The notes: a model not told the origin generated them from the letters alone. 64,000 bases of DNA from an uncultured delta proteobacterium (GCA_963767925.1 CAVYGB010000008.1:1760001-1824000), one strand, 5' to 3'; counted from the first letter of the stretch, positions 20,884 through 30,755 are shown. Numbers and translations are program-made.

Positions 20884-22194
20884 ATGGCCGACCCCACGCC
20901 CGACAAGCCGTCCGAGACGCCCGCCAGCCCCCCCTCGACCGTCAAGGGGATGACCGACATCCTGTCGCCCGACGTCGCCAAGTGGCAGTTCGTGGAGGAG
21001 AAGGCCCGCGCTGTGCTGGAGGCGTTCTCCTACCGCGAGCTGCGCACCCCCATCCTCGAGTACACGCCCCTGTTCATCCGCAGCGTGGGGGAGGCGACCG
21101 AGGTGGTCGAGAAGCAGATGTACACCTTCGAGGATCGCGACGGCAGCTCGGTGACCATGCGGCCGGAGGGGACCGCCCCCGCCGTGCGGGCTTACCTCGG
21201 CAACACCCAGTGGAACCGGGAGCCGACAACCCGCTGGTATTACCTCGGTCCCATGTTCCGGCACGAGCGGGCCCAGCGGGGGCGCCTGCGGCAGTTCCAC
21301 CAGGTGGGCGCCGAGGTCTTCGGCCTCTCCGAGCCCACCATCGACGCCGAGCTGATCGCCATGCTGGTCGCCATGTTGACCGAGATGGGGGTGCCGGCGA
21401 CCGAGCTCGAGGTCGCGATCAACACCCTCGGCGAGCCCGAGGAGCGGGTGGCCTACCGCGAGGCTCTGCGGGGGTATTTCGGCCAGCACCGAGACCAGCT
21501 CGACGAGGACTCGCTGCGCCGGCTGGAGCACAACCCCCTGCGCATCCTGGACTCCAAGAACCCGCAGGTGCAGGCGCTCTGCGCGGGAGCGCCCCTGCTG
21601 CTCGACACCCTGGGGGAGGCCTCCCGGGAGCGCTTCTCCCAGGTGCGCGCGCTGCTCGACGGCCTGCAGGTGAAATACGAGGTCGATCCCCGGCTGGTCC
21701 GGGGCCTCGACTATTACACGGCGACGATCTTCGAGCTGCGCGCCCGGACCGGCAACCTGGGCGCCCAGAACACGCTCTGCGGGGGCGGCCGCTACGACCG
21801 CCTGGTGCGCTCGCTGGGCGGCCCGGAGGTGCCGGCGCTGGGCTTCGGCATGGGGCTCGAGCGCGTCCTGCTGGCGGTGGCCGACGCGGCCGAGGGCTAC
21901 GAGCCCACCCTGGCCCTGTTCGTGGCCGCCCTGGGGCCCGAGGCCCGGCGCTTCGCCCTCCCCCTGGCTCACCGCCTGCGGCTGGCCGGCATCCGCACCG
22001 AGATCGAGCACCGGGAGGCGGGGCTCAAGGCTCAGCTCAAGCGAGCCGACAAGCTCAAGGCCCGGCTGGCCCTCCTGATCGGGGAGGACGAGCTGCGCAC
22101 GGGCAAGCTGGCGCTCAAGGATCTGGCCAGCGGCCAGCAGCACCAGGTGGCGCTCGAGGACCTCGAGAGCCGCATCCACCAGCTGCTGGACTGA
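20884..22194 (+). CDS. hisS: Histidine--tRNA ligase
   Basis: MRPEGTA, GPMFRHERAQRGRLRQFHQ, LVRGLDYYT, GGGRYD and GFGMGLER. Confidence 0.98.
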   Translation: MADPTPDKPSETPASPPSTVKGMTDILSPDVAKWQFVEEKARAVLEAFSYRELRTPILEYTPLFIRSVGEATEVVEKQMYTFEDRDGSSVTMRPEGTAPAVRAYLGNTQWNREPTTRWYYLGPMFRHERAQRGRLRQFHQVGAEVFGLSEPTIDAELIAMLVAMLTEMGVPATELEVAINTLGEPEERVAYREALRGYFGQHRDQLDEDSLRRLEHNPLRILDSKNPQVQALCAGAPLLLDTLGEASRERFSQVRALLDGLQVKYEVDPRLVRGLDYYTATIFELRARTGNLGAQNTLCGGGRYDRLVRSLGGPEVPALGFGMGLERVLLAVADAAEGYEPTLALFVAALGPEARRFALPLAHRLRLAGIRTEIEHREAGLKAQLKRADKLKARLALLIGEDELRTGKLALKDLASGQQHQVALEDLESRIHQLLD

Positions 22195-22212
22195 GCGAAC
22201 CGGACCGGGCTG

Positions 22213-23094
22213 CTAGGCCCGTCGGATCCGGGGGGACAGCTCGAGCACGGCCCGGCCCTGCCGGAACACCCGGACCGTGCCCGAGGTCTGCGAGACGACG
22301 ATGGCGATGGCCCTCGTCTCGCGGGTGACGCCGGCGGCGGCCATGTGGCGGGCCCCCAGGCCCAGCGGGACCCGCAGGTCCTTCTCCTCGAAGCTCAGGT
22401 AACGTCCGGCCGCCTGGACCACCCCGTCCTCGCGGAGCACGAAGGCCCCATCGAGCACGGTGAAGGCGCGCAGGGCCCGCCGAACCTCCGGATTCATCAT
22501 GTTTCGCTCGTCCTCGGAGTAGCCCTGGAACGGGTTGAGGCTGAGCGGACGCGAGTTCTCCATCACCTTGGCCGAGTCCCCCACGATGAAGAGAGCCCCC
22601 ACCGGGCGACCCTCCCAGCCCTCGACTCCGATGGCCACCGCCAGGCCGATCAAAGCGTCGATGACTTCGGGCGACACACCTTCGGTCTGGATGAAGCTGA
22701 AGGCGCCGTCCTCGTCCTCGGGCCCGACGGTCAGGACCAGGATCGAGTCGGGCATGCTGTTCGGGCGGCGGGCCAGCAGGCCGACCACCACGTCCCCCTC
22801 GCGGTACAGGCCGCGGGACACGCCGGCCACGATGGCCAGCTTGAGCTTCTCCGCCCGGTGCAGGTCGTACTGGGGCAACGGGATGACGGGGATCCCCGCC
22901 GCCTCGACAACCAGGCGCTGCGCCTCGCTGACCACCGCCTGGACCAGCTTCTTGCGGGCCTTGGGTTTGCCCCGAAAGGCCTCGTCCGGCAGCGGGAGGT
23001 CGCCGATGTACAGGAGGTGGTCGATGGTGCGCTTGCCGGCGAGGCTCAGCGCGGCCCGGATGATCTCGACCTGGTTGACCGTGGCTCGCGGCAT
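22213..23094 (-). CDS. Diadenylate cyclase (DAC/DisA_N domain, DacZ-like architecture)
   Basis: EGRPVGALFIVGD, LDGAFV, GLGARHMAAAGVT and AIVVSQTSG.V; soluble N-terminal domain, no TM segment or HhH. Confidence 0.88.
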   Translation of the reverse strand: MPRATVNQVEIIRAALSLAGKRTIDHLLYIGDLPLPDEAFRGKPKARKKLVQAVVSEAQRLVVEAAGIPVIPLPQYDLHRAEKLKLAIVAGVSRGLYREGDVVVGLLARRPNSMPDSILVLTVGPEDEDGAFSFIQTEGVSPEVIDALIGLAVAIGVEGWEGRPVGALFIVGDSAKVMENSRPLSLNPFQGYSEDERNMMNPEVRRALRAFTVLDGAFVLREDGVVQAAGRYLSFEEKDLRVPLGLGARHMAAAGVTRETRAIAIVVSQTSGTVRVFRQGRAVLELSPRIRRA

Positions 23095-23152
23095 GAACAG
23101 GCTACTCTAATCTGTGGCGAAGACGCCGATATCCAGAATCGGAGACCGGCAC

Positions 23153-24655
23153 ATGCTACGCGAAATCCTGGCGACGCTGAAGGCCCGACCGACGGCCACC
23201 CTGATATTTGCCGGCGCCTTCGGCCTGGTGGGCATCGTCATCGGCGCCGCCGTCAACTGGAACGCCACCTCGGCCAAGCCAGCTTTCTCCTGCGACGGCG
23301 AATACGCCGATTCCCTCCAGATGCGGGACTCCGAGCCCCGCCTGCCCACCCCCAAACCGGCGGAATACACCTACCTGGTTCGCAACAGCGCCCGCTACGA
23401 GTGCCCCTACTTCGGCCCCGACGGCAAGCTCCGCCGCCGCATCGACCACGCCCGGGAGCATGGCACGGCCTTCGCGTACGAGGTTGTCGGCGACGAGACC
23501 TACCTGCTGACCAACGAGCACGTGGCCGTCTGGCCGGAGGTGACCGACCCCCGCAACCGGGTCGCCGGGGTCAGCGACGGCTGCAAGCGGGTCGAGGCCC
23601 GCCTGCGCATCGTCAACGACGAGCGGGACGAGGAGGAGGTGGGCCAGATCCCCCTCAAGCTGGTAGCCGCCGATCCCCGCCTGGATGCAGCCGTCCTCAA
23701 GGCCCCCCAGCGGCTGTCGGTCCTGCCCCACCGCATCGGCCGCAGCGCCGCCCTCCGCCAGGGCAACGCGGTGGAGGTGCGAGGGTTCCCCCTCGGGCTG
23801 CTCCACGCGGTCAACACCGGCAAGGTGGTCAATCCCTACGACCACGACGTCGAGCAGGGCTGGGACCACGTCGACTTCGTTGTCGACGCCCTCCTCTCCG
23901 AGGGCAACTCGGGCAGCCCGGTCCTGGCCCTCAGCTGCGCCAGCGGCAAGCTCGAGCTCGTGGGCATGTACCACGCCGGCTACAAGGAGGCGAGCGCGCT
24001 CAACGTCGTGGTGGGGATCGACCAGGTCCGGGAGTTCATGGCCAAGAAGCGGCGGATCCCCCGGGCCTCCGTCGACGGGCCCGACCTGACCGCGGGCGAG
24101 CGACAGCGGCTGGAGGATCGCCTGCAGACCGGCACCCTGCCGATCTTCCAGTTCGGCGGGCTCACCCTGGTGGTGGACCGGGCCGGCGAGAGCTTGCGCT
24201 ATCATTTCTATGGGCGGGGCTTTCCCATGGACGACCGGCGGGTGGCGGTCCTGGAGGACCGGCGGGTGCCGGGCCGCTTCGGGGAGCTGGGCAGCTTGCT
24301 CGTCCGGGGCGAGGCAGGCTGGCGGGCCTCCAGCCTGAAGACCCTCGGCGAGGAGGACCGGGACCTGCTCGGCCGCTCGGCGGACGCCCTGCGCCTGCAC
24401 GTGCTCAAGGTGCTCGAGTACCGGCGCCTGATCGTGGGAGCCGACAGCCTGGACGAGCGGCGGCAGGCCCGGGAGATCCGCAAGGGCCTGGAGCGCCAGA
24501 GCGCGCCCGAACGGGAGCTGACCAGCAGCCTGCTCGACCTCATCGAGCGGCTGGCGCCCCAGCGGGACCCGAACATCCCCGGGAATCCCGGGGCCGACGC
24601 GGCGGTGCCCGGGCCTCCCGCCCTCAGCGCCGAGCCCCTGCCCACGCCGCTCTGA
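23153..24655 (+). CDS. Membrane-anchored trypsin-like serine protease with C-terminal extension
   Basis: N-terminal TM segment; catalytic triad motifs LLTNEHV, LDAAVL and EGNSGSP. Confidence 0.85.
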   Translation: MLREILATLKARPTATLIFAGAFGLVGIVIGAAVNWNATSAKPAFSCDGEYADSLQMRDSEPRLPTPKPAEYTYLVRNSARYECPYFGPDGKLRRRIDHAREHGTAFAYEVVGDETYLLTNEHVAVWPEVTDPRNRVAGVSDGCKRVEARLRIVNDERDEEEVGQIPLKLVAADPRLDAAVLKAPQRLSVLPHRIGRSAALRQGNAVEVRGFPLGLLHAVNTGKVVNPYDHDVEQGWDHVDFVVDALLSEGNSGSPVLALSCASGKLELVGMYHAGYKEASALNVVVGIDQVREFMAKKRRIPRASVDGPDLTAGERQRLEDRLQTGTLPIFQFGGLTLVVDRAGESLRYHFYGRGFPMDDRRVAVLEDRRVPGRFGELGSLLVRGEAGWRASSLKTLGEEDRDLLGRSADALRLHVLKVLEYRRLIVGADSLDERRQAREIRKGLERQSAPERELTSSLLDLIERLAPQRDPNIPGNPGADAAVPGPPALSAEPLPTPL

Positions 24656-24688
24656 GCCGCCTTCGCCGGTTTCTGCTAGAAGCGGCCG

Positions 24689-26053
24689 ATGGTCGAGCTG
24701 CGCTACAGCCTCGGCACGCTCGAGATCCTCGGCCTGCCGGCCGGGACGACCGAGCTGCCGGCGGTCTGCCTCTGGGATCCGCGCTCGGCCTGTTACCGGG
24801 CGCCCGCCGCGGCCTACGCCGACCTGGTGCGGGCCTTCCGCCGGGCCGAGCTCCCGTTCGAGGATCGGGCCCGGGCCTACACCGAGCTGGCCCTGACCGG
24901 GACCGTCCGGCGCGAGCCCCGGGACTACCAGAACGAGGCCCTGGCGGCCTGGCGCAAGGCCAACGGCCGGGGGGTGGTGGTGCTTCCCACCGGGGCGGGA
25001 AAGACCCTGGTGGCCCACATGGCGATCGCCGATCGCCTGCGCAGCACCCTGGTGGTGACGCCCACCCTCGATCTCGTACGGCAGTGGCACGACGGCCTGT
25101 ACGCCACCTTCGGGGGCCGGATCGGGCTGCTGGGCGGCGGCGAATACGACGTGCAGCCCATCACCGTGAGCACCTACGACTCGGCCTTCCTGCACATGGA
25201 GCGGCTGGGCGCCCGCTTCGGGCTGATCGTGTTCGACGAGTGCCACCACCTGCCCGGCCCGAGCTATGCGCTGGCCGCCCGGCTGTGTCTGGCCCCCTAT
25301 CGCCTGGGGCTGACCGCCACGCCCGAGCGGGGCGACGGCCGGGACAGCGAGATGGGTGGCCTCGTGGGTCCCATCGTCTACCGCAAGGAGATCGTCGACC
25401 TGGAGGGGGCCTACCTGGCGGAGTACGAGACCGTCCGGGTGAGCCTGGAGCTGACCCCGGTCGAGCTGGCCGAATACCAGGCCGAGCGCGAGATCTACCG
25501 GGACTTCCTCCGCCGGCAGGGCATCTCGATGCAGAGCCCCTCGGGCTGGACCGACTTCATCATGCGAGCGGCCCGCAGCGACGACGGCCAGCGGGCGCTC
25601 GCCGCCTATCGGCGGCAGCGGGAGATCGCCTTCACCGCCCCGGCCAAGCTCGACTACGTCGAGCGGCTGCTCAGCCAGCACCGCCACGACCGGGTCATCG
25701 TGTTCACCGAGGACAACGCCACCGTCTACCTGGTGTCGCGCCGGTTCCTGCTGCCGGCCATCACCCACAAGACGAAGGTGCGCGAGCGGAGCGAGATCCT
25801 CGCCGGCCTGTCTGCCGGGCGCTACGGCGCGGTGGCCACCTCGCGCGTCCTCAACGAGGGGGTCGACATCCCGGAGGCCAACGTCGCCATCGTCATGTCG
25901 GGCAGCGGCTCGGTCCGGGAGCACGTCCAGCGCCTGGGCCGGGTGCTGCGCAAGGGCGAGGGGAAAAAGGCTCTCCTCTACGAGCTGATCAGCTCGGGCA
26001 CCTCCGAGGCCCGGACCAGCCAGCGCCGGCGGGACCACGTTGCTTACCGCTGA
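24689..26053 (+). CDS. XPB/Rad25-like superfamily 2 DNA helicase
   Basis: PRDYQNEA, LPTGAGKT, FDECHHL, LGLTATPERGDG, LNEGVDIPEA and HVQRLGRVLR. Confidence 0.93.
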   Translation: MVELRYSLGTLEILGLPAGTTELPAVCLWDPRSACYRAPAAAYADLVRAFRRAELPFEDRARAYTELALTGTVRREPRDYQNEALAAWRKANGRGVVVLPTGAGKTLVAHMAIADRLRSTLVVTPTLDLVRQWHDGLYATFGGRIGLLGGGEYDVQPITVSTYDSAFLHMERLGARFGLIVFDECHHLPGPSYALAARLCLAPYRLGLTATPERGDGRDSEMGGLVGPIVYRKEIVDLEGAYLAEYETVRVSLELTPVELAEYQAEREIYRDFLRRQGISMQSPSGWTDFIMRAARSDDGQRALAAYRRQREIAFTAPAKLDYVERLLSQHRHDRVIVFTEDNATVYLVSRRFLLPAITHKTKVRERSEILAGLSAGRYGAVATSRVLNEGVDIPEANVAIVMSGSGSVREHVQRLGRVLRKGEGKKALLYELISSGTSEARTSQRRRDHVAYR

Positions 26054-27296
26054 TCTGGCCCAGGTCCGCCGGCGGGGCGACCGCCTCCTGCTGCAGGCCC
26101 TCTCGGCCGAGGAGCGGATCCGGGCCCGGCAGCTCGCCGAGGCCTATCTCGGTCTGGCCCGGGCCCACCTCGGCAGCGAGCGGGGTCAGCTCCAGGAGGC
26201 GCTCCGCCAGGTCCCGCTCACCGCCCGCGAACGGCGCCTGGGGGCCGGCCTCATCAAGCTGGTCCTCGACCGCTGTCAGTTCGAGCCGGTCAGCGGGCTC
26301 GAGCCCGCGTCGCTCCGCTCGGAGCTCTTCTCGCGGGCGACCGCGGCCCGCAAGGAGCTGCCCACCGCCGGAGTGTTCGACCGGCAGGTGGTGCTGGCCG
26401 AGGTCGCGGCCGGCCGGGGCATCACCACCGAGGCCCTGGAGCAGTCCCTCTACGCCGACCTGCCCGAGGCCCACCGCCTGCGCGACCTGGCCGCCGGGGA
26501 CGCCGAGGCGCTGGTGGCGGCCTACGAGGCGGGCGGGATCGCCGCGGTCCTGCTGCGCGCCACCTGCGTGCGGGTGCGGGTGCAGCAGGCCTCGCCGGGC
26601 GCCTTCCGGGCCCTGTTCCACAAGCTCAAGTTCCTGCGGCTGCTCTGTCGCATCGAGGCTGTCCCGGCGGAGGGGCCCCGCGGGGCGCCGGGGTACGCCA
26701 TCACGATCGACGGTCCCTTCAGCCTGTTCGACGCCGTCTCGAAGTATGGCCTGGCGCTGGCCCTCGCCTACCCGGCCATCTCCGCCTGCGGGAAGTGGTC
26801 GCTGGAGGCCGACGTCCGCTGGGGCAAGGACCGCCGCCCCCTCGTGTTCGCCGCCAGCGGGCGGGCGCCCGACGGCGGATCGACAGATGCCGTGCCCCTG
26901 TCCGACGAGGTCTCCGCCCTGCTGGCCGAGCTGTCGGCGTTGCCCGGCGGCCGCTGGCGAGCCCGGGCGGCCCAGCAGATCATCGACCTGCCGGGGGCGG
27001 GGTGCATCGTCCCCGACCTCGAGCTCTCCGACGACCGGACCGGGCAGACCGTCCTCGTCGAGGTGATGGGCTTCTGGAGCCGGGAGGCGGTCTGGCGCCG
27101 GGTCGAGCTGGCCGAACGGGGCCTCCCCGTGCCGATGGTCTTCGTCGCCAGCAAACATCTGCGCGTGAGCGAGGAGGCCCTGCCCGAGACCGTCCCGGCG
27201 GCGCTCTACATCTACAACCGGCGGATCGCGCCGCGCGCGCTGCTGGAGCGGGCTGAAACCGTTGTCGCCCGGGCGGTCCGCGCCGGCCCGCCGTGA
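26040..27296 (+). CDS. DUF790 family (Bax1-like) PD-(D/E)xK nuclease
   Basis: MLTADL start overlaps the helicase; LYADL, IDGPFSLF...KYG..LA and IVPDL...VEVMGFWS. Confidence 0.88.
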   Translation: MLTADLAQVRRRGDRLLLQALSAEERIRARQLAEAYLGLARAHLGSERGQLQEALRQVPLTARERRLGAGLIKLVLDRCQFEPVSGLEPASLRSELFSRATAARKELPTAGVFDRQVVLAEVAAGRGITTEALEQSLYADLPEAHRLRDLAAGDAEALVAAYEAGGIAAVLLRATCVRVRVQQASPGAFRALFHKLKFLRLLCRIEAVPAEGPRGAPGYAITIDGPFSLFDAVSKYGLALALAYPAISACGKWSLEADVRWGKDRRPLVFAASGRAPDGGSTDAVPLSDEVSALLAELSALPGGRWRARAAQQIIDLPGAGCIVPDLELSDDRTGQTVLVEVMGFWSREAVWRRVELAERGLPVPMVFVASKHLRVSEEALPETVPAALYIYNRRIAPRALLERAETVVARAVRAGPP

Positions 27297-27528
27297 TCCC
27301 GATATTTTCTGACAACCGCGAGGTGACCTGGGCAACTAGCTCACCATGCTGAGGGCTGTCCTGGCCGAGCTGCGCGCGGCGATGGACGTCCCCGGCGCCC
27401 TTCTTCGGCGACGCCAGACCGGCAAGCCGATCCCGAGCTTCGGGCTCAGGGCTGAAGGACGGAGGCAGTGGTGGCGGGGCGCAGGGCGGCCTCGCCGCCT
27501 CCACCGCGCTTCGCGGGCCTCGAGGACT

Positions 27529-29796
27529 CTAGCTGTAGCGCTTGCGCACGAGGGCCAGGACGGCGTCCTTCGCGCAGTGCTCGCAGTAGCCGAAGCGCTG
27601 CTTGAGGCCATCGATTGTCTTCAAGGCGGCCTCGGCGGCGTCGGCCGCCATGCGGGCGGGGCCGTCCACCAGGTAGACCAGGAGGTCCTCGTTGATCTTG
27701 CGGATCTGCTTCTTGCGGTCGCCGAAGAAGGCCTCGCGTAGGTGGGCGATGGGTCGGGGGAAGATGCGCTCGTAGTCCGGCTTGCGCCCAGGGTGATCGA
27801 GGGACCAGGCGCCGATGCGGCTGATCACCTCGCGGCGGAACTCCTCGCGCCGCCCTTCTCCGCTGCCCACGTCGAGCATCCGCTCGACGTCCCCCATCAG
27901 CTCCTCGTCCGCTTCCTCGTCCTTGCCGGTGACCGCGTTGCGAACCTTCTCCCGCTTGACCCAGTGGGAGACGTGGCTGACGTAGCGCTCGAACTGCTCG
28001 ATGTAGCGGCGCTCCTCGACGAGCCCCATCGACGTCCGCACCTCGTCGTCGATCTTGTCGATGAGACGGTCGCGCACCTGGAAGATGAACTTGCGGTTCT
28101 CGTGGTACCCGCCCGACAGCGGCTCTTGCTTGAGGAAGTCGTAGAGGGAGACCGAGCGGACCAGATCCTCCAGCTCCTCGAACACGGCGAAGGGGGAGAG
28201 GCACTTGTACTTCGGGCTCTGGGCGGCGTTCATCAGCAGCAGCTTCATCTCCCGCGGGGATGAGCCGGTCCGGCCCTCGTAGTTGGGGTAGGCGTCCGAC
28301 TCGCGGGCGATCCGCTCGAGACCGGCGTGCAGCTCCTTTTGCTGCTCGGGAGAGAACCCTTCGGCCGGGCCTTCGCCCGCGTAGAGCAGGGCCTTGTCGA
28401 GAGGGGCCAGCCGCGACACGAGCTCGGCCATGCCCTTCGGGTATTTCTCGGGCATCGGCTTGCGCATCCGGGTGAGGACCGACCAGAGCGCCGTCACCCA
28501 GGCCACGTGGGGGGCGACGTGTTTGGCCCCGTCGTTGCCGGTGAACGAACGGATGTGCGCCTCGTAGATCTTCTGCTCCTGCCGGAAATCCAGCAGGTAA
28601 GGCGCACGCACGAGCTCCATCCGCCCCTTGAAGGACTGAAACTCGGGGAGCTCCTTGAAGGCCGCCAGGTAGCCCTCGTTGGACGAGGCGATGAAGACCG
28701 TGTCGATCTCCAGCACCGCCACGTCGATCGAGGTGCGGCCCTGCTCGACGGTTCCCAGCAGGTACTTGAAAGACTCGAGCGGGCGCTTCAACAGGTCGGC
28801 GAAGTCGAGCAGACCCCGGTTGCCGTCGACCAGCTCCCCCTGGACCTCGTAGAGGGTCAGCGATTGCAGGGCAGGAGGCAAGGAGGACAGCGAGCGGTCC
28901 ATGGTGAGCTGTCGAGAGCGGGCGTCCACGGCCAGCTGGGGCTCGACGGTGGCGACCGCCTGCCGGTAGCGGCGGGAGACGAAGAAGCGCTCGACCTGGA
29001 TGTGGCGCAGGACCTTGGCGATGTCGCCGTGGTACGAGGACAGCAGGGCCTCGAAGATCTGACGGTTGCGGTGGGACAGATCGCCGTTCGTGAGCTGGTA
29101 GGCGGGCCGCGATCCCCGGGACTCCTCGAGGGCCAGGCGCTCCTCGAACAGCCCCCGCCGCTTGCCCCGGGGCAGGAGCAAGATGGGGTGGTCCCGCAGC
29201 TCGTCGACGATCTTGGCCTCGATGAGGTCGTCCTCGAGGTAGGCGTAGCTGTCGAGCGCCCCGCCGGGCTCCACCGGGTTGCCTCCCGCGAAGCCGATGC
29301 CGGTCTTCGCCACCCGCTGGGAGGGGAAGATCCAGTTGAAGCGATAGAGCGCCCCCTCGTCGAGGGTGGAGTAGTGCTCGAGGGCCCGCTGCAGGCAGCT
29401 CACCAGGGTGGACTTGGCGCTGCCGTTGGGGCCGTGCAGGAGGATGAGACGGTTGGTTCGCCCTTCGCGGGCGAAGTTCGAGACCAGCCGGTAGATCGAC
29501 CCCTGCACCTCTTCCTGCCCGACCAGGTGGTCCTTGCCTTCGTCCCAGGGGCAGTCGAAGAGCTTCCAGCGCGTGACCTGTCCTCTCGGGGAACGCACCG
29601 ATTCGGTCCCGAAGTGATCCAGCGCATCCCGTAGGTACTGCGCCGTCGAGCGGGTCTGTCGGACGATGTCGGAGCAGAACAGCGAGAAGTACTCACCGAA
29701 CGACATCACCCGACGCTTCCGGGCGAACGACTCGCGGAGCTCCGCCGTCGTCAGACCGAGCCACGCCTTGGGATCGAAGGGACTCGAATCGGACAT
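27529..29796 (-). CDS. prkA: PrkA/YeaG-family AAA+ serine protein kinase
   Basis: LHGPNGSAKST Walker A, GELVDGNRGLLDFADLLKRP, ASSN and GSSPRE. Confidence 0.9.
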   Translation of the reverse strand: MSDSSPFDPKAWLGLTTAELRESFARKRRVMSFGEYFSLFCSDIVRQTRSTAQYLRDALDHFGTESVRSPRGQVTRWKLFDCPWDEGKDHLVGQEEVQGSIYRLVSNFAREGRTNRLILLHGPNGSAKSTLVSCLQRALEHYSTLDEGALYRFNWIFPSQRVAKTGIGFAGGNPVEPGGALDSYAYLEDDLIEAKIVDELRDHPILLLPRGKRRGLFEERLALEESRGSRPAYQLTNGDLSHRNRQIFEALLSSYHGDIAKVLRHIQVERFFVSRRYRQAVATVEPQLAVDARSRQLTMDRSLSSLPPALQSLTLYEVQGELVDGNRGLLDFADLLKRPLESFKYLLGTVEQGRTSIDVAVLEIDTVFIASSNEGYLAAFKELPEFQSFKGRMELVRAPYLLDFRQEQKIYEAHIRSFTGNDGAKHVAPHVAWVTALWSVLTRMRKPMPEKYPKGMAELVSRLAPLDKALLYAGEGPAEGFSPEQQKELHAGLERIARESDAYPNYEGRTGSSPREMKLLLMNAAQSPKYKCLSPFAVFEELEDLVRSVSLYDFLKQEPLSGGYHENRKFIFQVRDRLIDKIDDEVRTSMGLVEERRYIEQFERYVSHVSHWVKREKVRNAVTGKDEEADEELMGDVERMLDVGSGEGRREEFRREVISRIGAWSLDHPGRKPDYERIFPRPIAHLREAFFGDRKKQIRKINEDLLVYLVDGPARMAADAAEAALKTIDGLKQRFGYCEHCAKDAVLALVRKRYS

Positions 29797-29912
29797 TGAT
29801 GGACGTAGCAACGGTAACACGCTCACACCGCACCGTCACGACTGGCTGGACCGTTATCGTGAGATACCCACTGCATGACTTCGGGCCGACCTGCGTCCAA
29901 ACTCAGGCAAAC

Positions 29913-30662
29913 ATGACCGACATCCCCCTCCGCCCCGCCCGCCTTCGTCTCCGCCCCGGCGCCCGGCCGCCCGGCCGGGCCCGCTCCATCGTCCTCCTGG
30001 TCGCGATCGCCGCCGGGGGACTGCTCCTGACCGGCCTGGGGACCCCGGCCCAGGCGGCGCCGGGCAAGCGGGTGGCGAGCGTGGTGAAGCCCCCCGGCGA
30101 GCCCGCCGAGGGCGGTGGGCTGGGGCCGATGGACGAGCTCAAGCGGGCCAACGCCCAGCTCAAGAAGCAGCTCGGGAACCGCAAGCCGTCCTGGTCCCCC
30201 GAGGCCCAGGCCCGCAACGTCGAGATCAAGAAGATCGTCGGGAGCTTCCTGGACTTCGAGGAGCTCGCCCGCCGGTCGCTGATCCGCCACTGGGAGACCC
30301 TGAACCCCAAGCAGCGCACCGACTTCGTCCGCACCTTGCGGGACCTGGTGGAGCGCAACTACGTCCGGCAGCTCTACGGGCAGCCCGAATACGAGCTCAA
30401 GCTGGACAAGGAGGAGCTCGCCGGGGACGAGGCGACGGTGGTTGGCTCGCTGCGGGCCTCGGCCAAGGGCAAGCCCGTGACCATGTCCCTCGAGTACAAG
30501 CTGATCCGTAAGCAGAACCGCTGGGTCGTCTTCGACGTCGTCACCGACGAGCTGAGTCTGCTCGAGAACTACCGCGCCGAGTTCAACAAGGTCATCGCCC
30601 GGGACTCCTTCGATGTCCTGCTGACCCGGATGAAAAGGAAGCTCAACGAAGGCAGCCGCTGA
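29913..30662 (+). CDS. MlaC/Ttg2D-like lipid-transport substrate-binding protein
   Basis: FLDFEELARRSL..HW, WVVFDVVTDELSLLENYRAEF..VI; signal peptide present. Confidence 0.88.
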   Translation: MTDIPLRPARLRLRPGARPPGRARSIVLLVAIAAGGLLLTGLGTPAQAAPGKRVASVVKPPGEPAEGGGLGPMDELKRANAQLKKQLGNRKPSWSPEAQARNVEIKKIVGSFLDFEELARRSLIRHWETLNPKQRTDFVRTLRDLVERNYVRQLYGQPEYELKLDKEELAGDEATVVGSLRASAKGKPVTMSLEYKLIRKQNRWVVFDVVTDELSLLENYRAEFNKVIARDSFDVLLTRMKRKLNEGSR

Positions 30663-30721
30663 CCGGCCGCCTCGATCTATCGAGCTGCATAGCGCAAGTA
30701 CCTGGTATCGTTGCAAATATG

Positions 30722-30755
30722 GTCAAACCGCTTGCCCATCGGCAAACGCTTTGAC
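30722..30755. promoter_or_regulatory. Inverted pair of LacI-like operator motifs
   Basis: GTCAAACCGCTTGCC-CATC-GGCAAACGCTTTGAC; both halves fit GGCAA(A/G)CG(G/C)TTTGAC. Lies upstream of the esterase. Confidence 0.45.

Noticed and set aside
22345..27066. 1573-aa ORF and other long alternative-frame or antisense ORFs (e.g. 23156..26038, 5575..7722, 36963..39080)
   Set aside because: Arg/Pro/Gly/Ala-rich shadows of real genes, expected from stop-codon scarcity in high-GC DNA; no domain motifs.
27346..27741. Small + strand ORF MLRAVLAELRAAMDVP...
   Set aside because: No SD, runs antisense into prkA, and has no recognisable motif.
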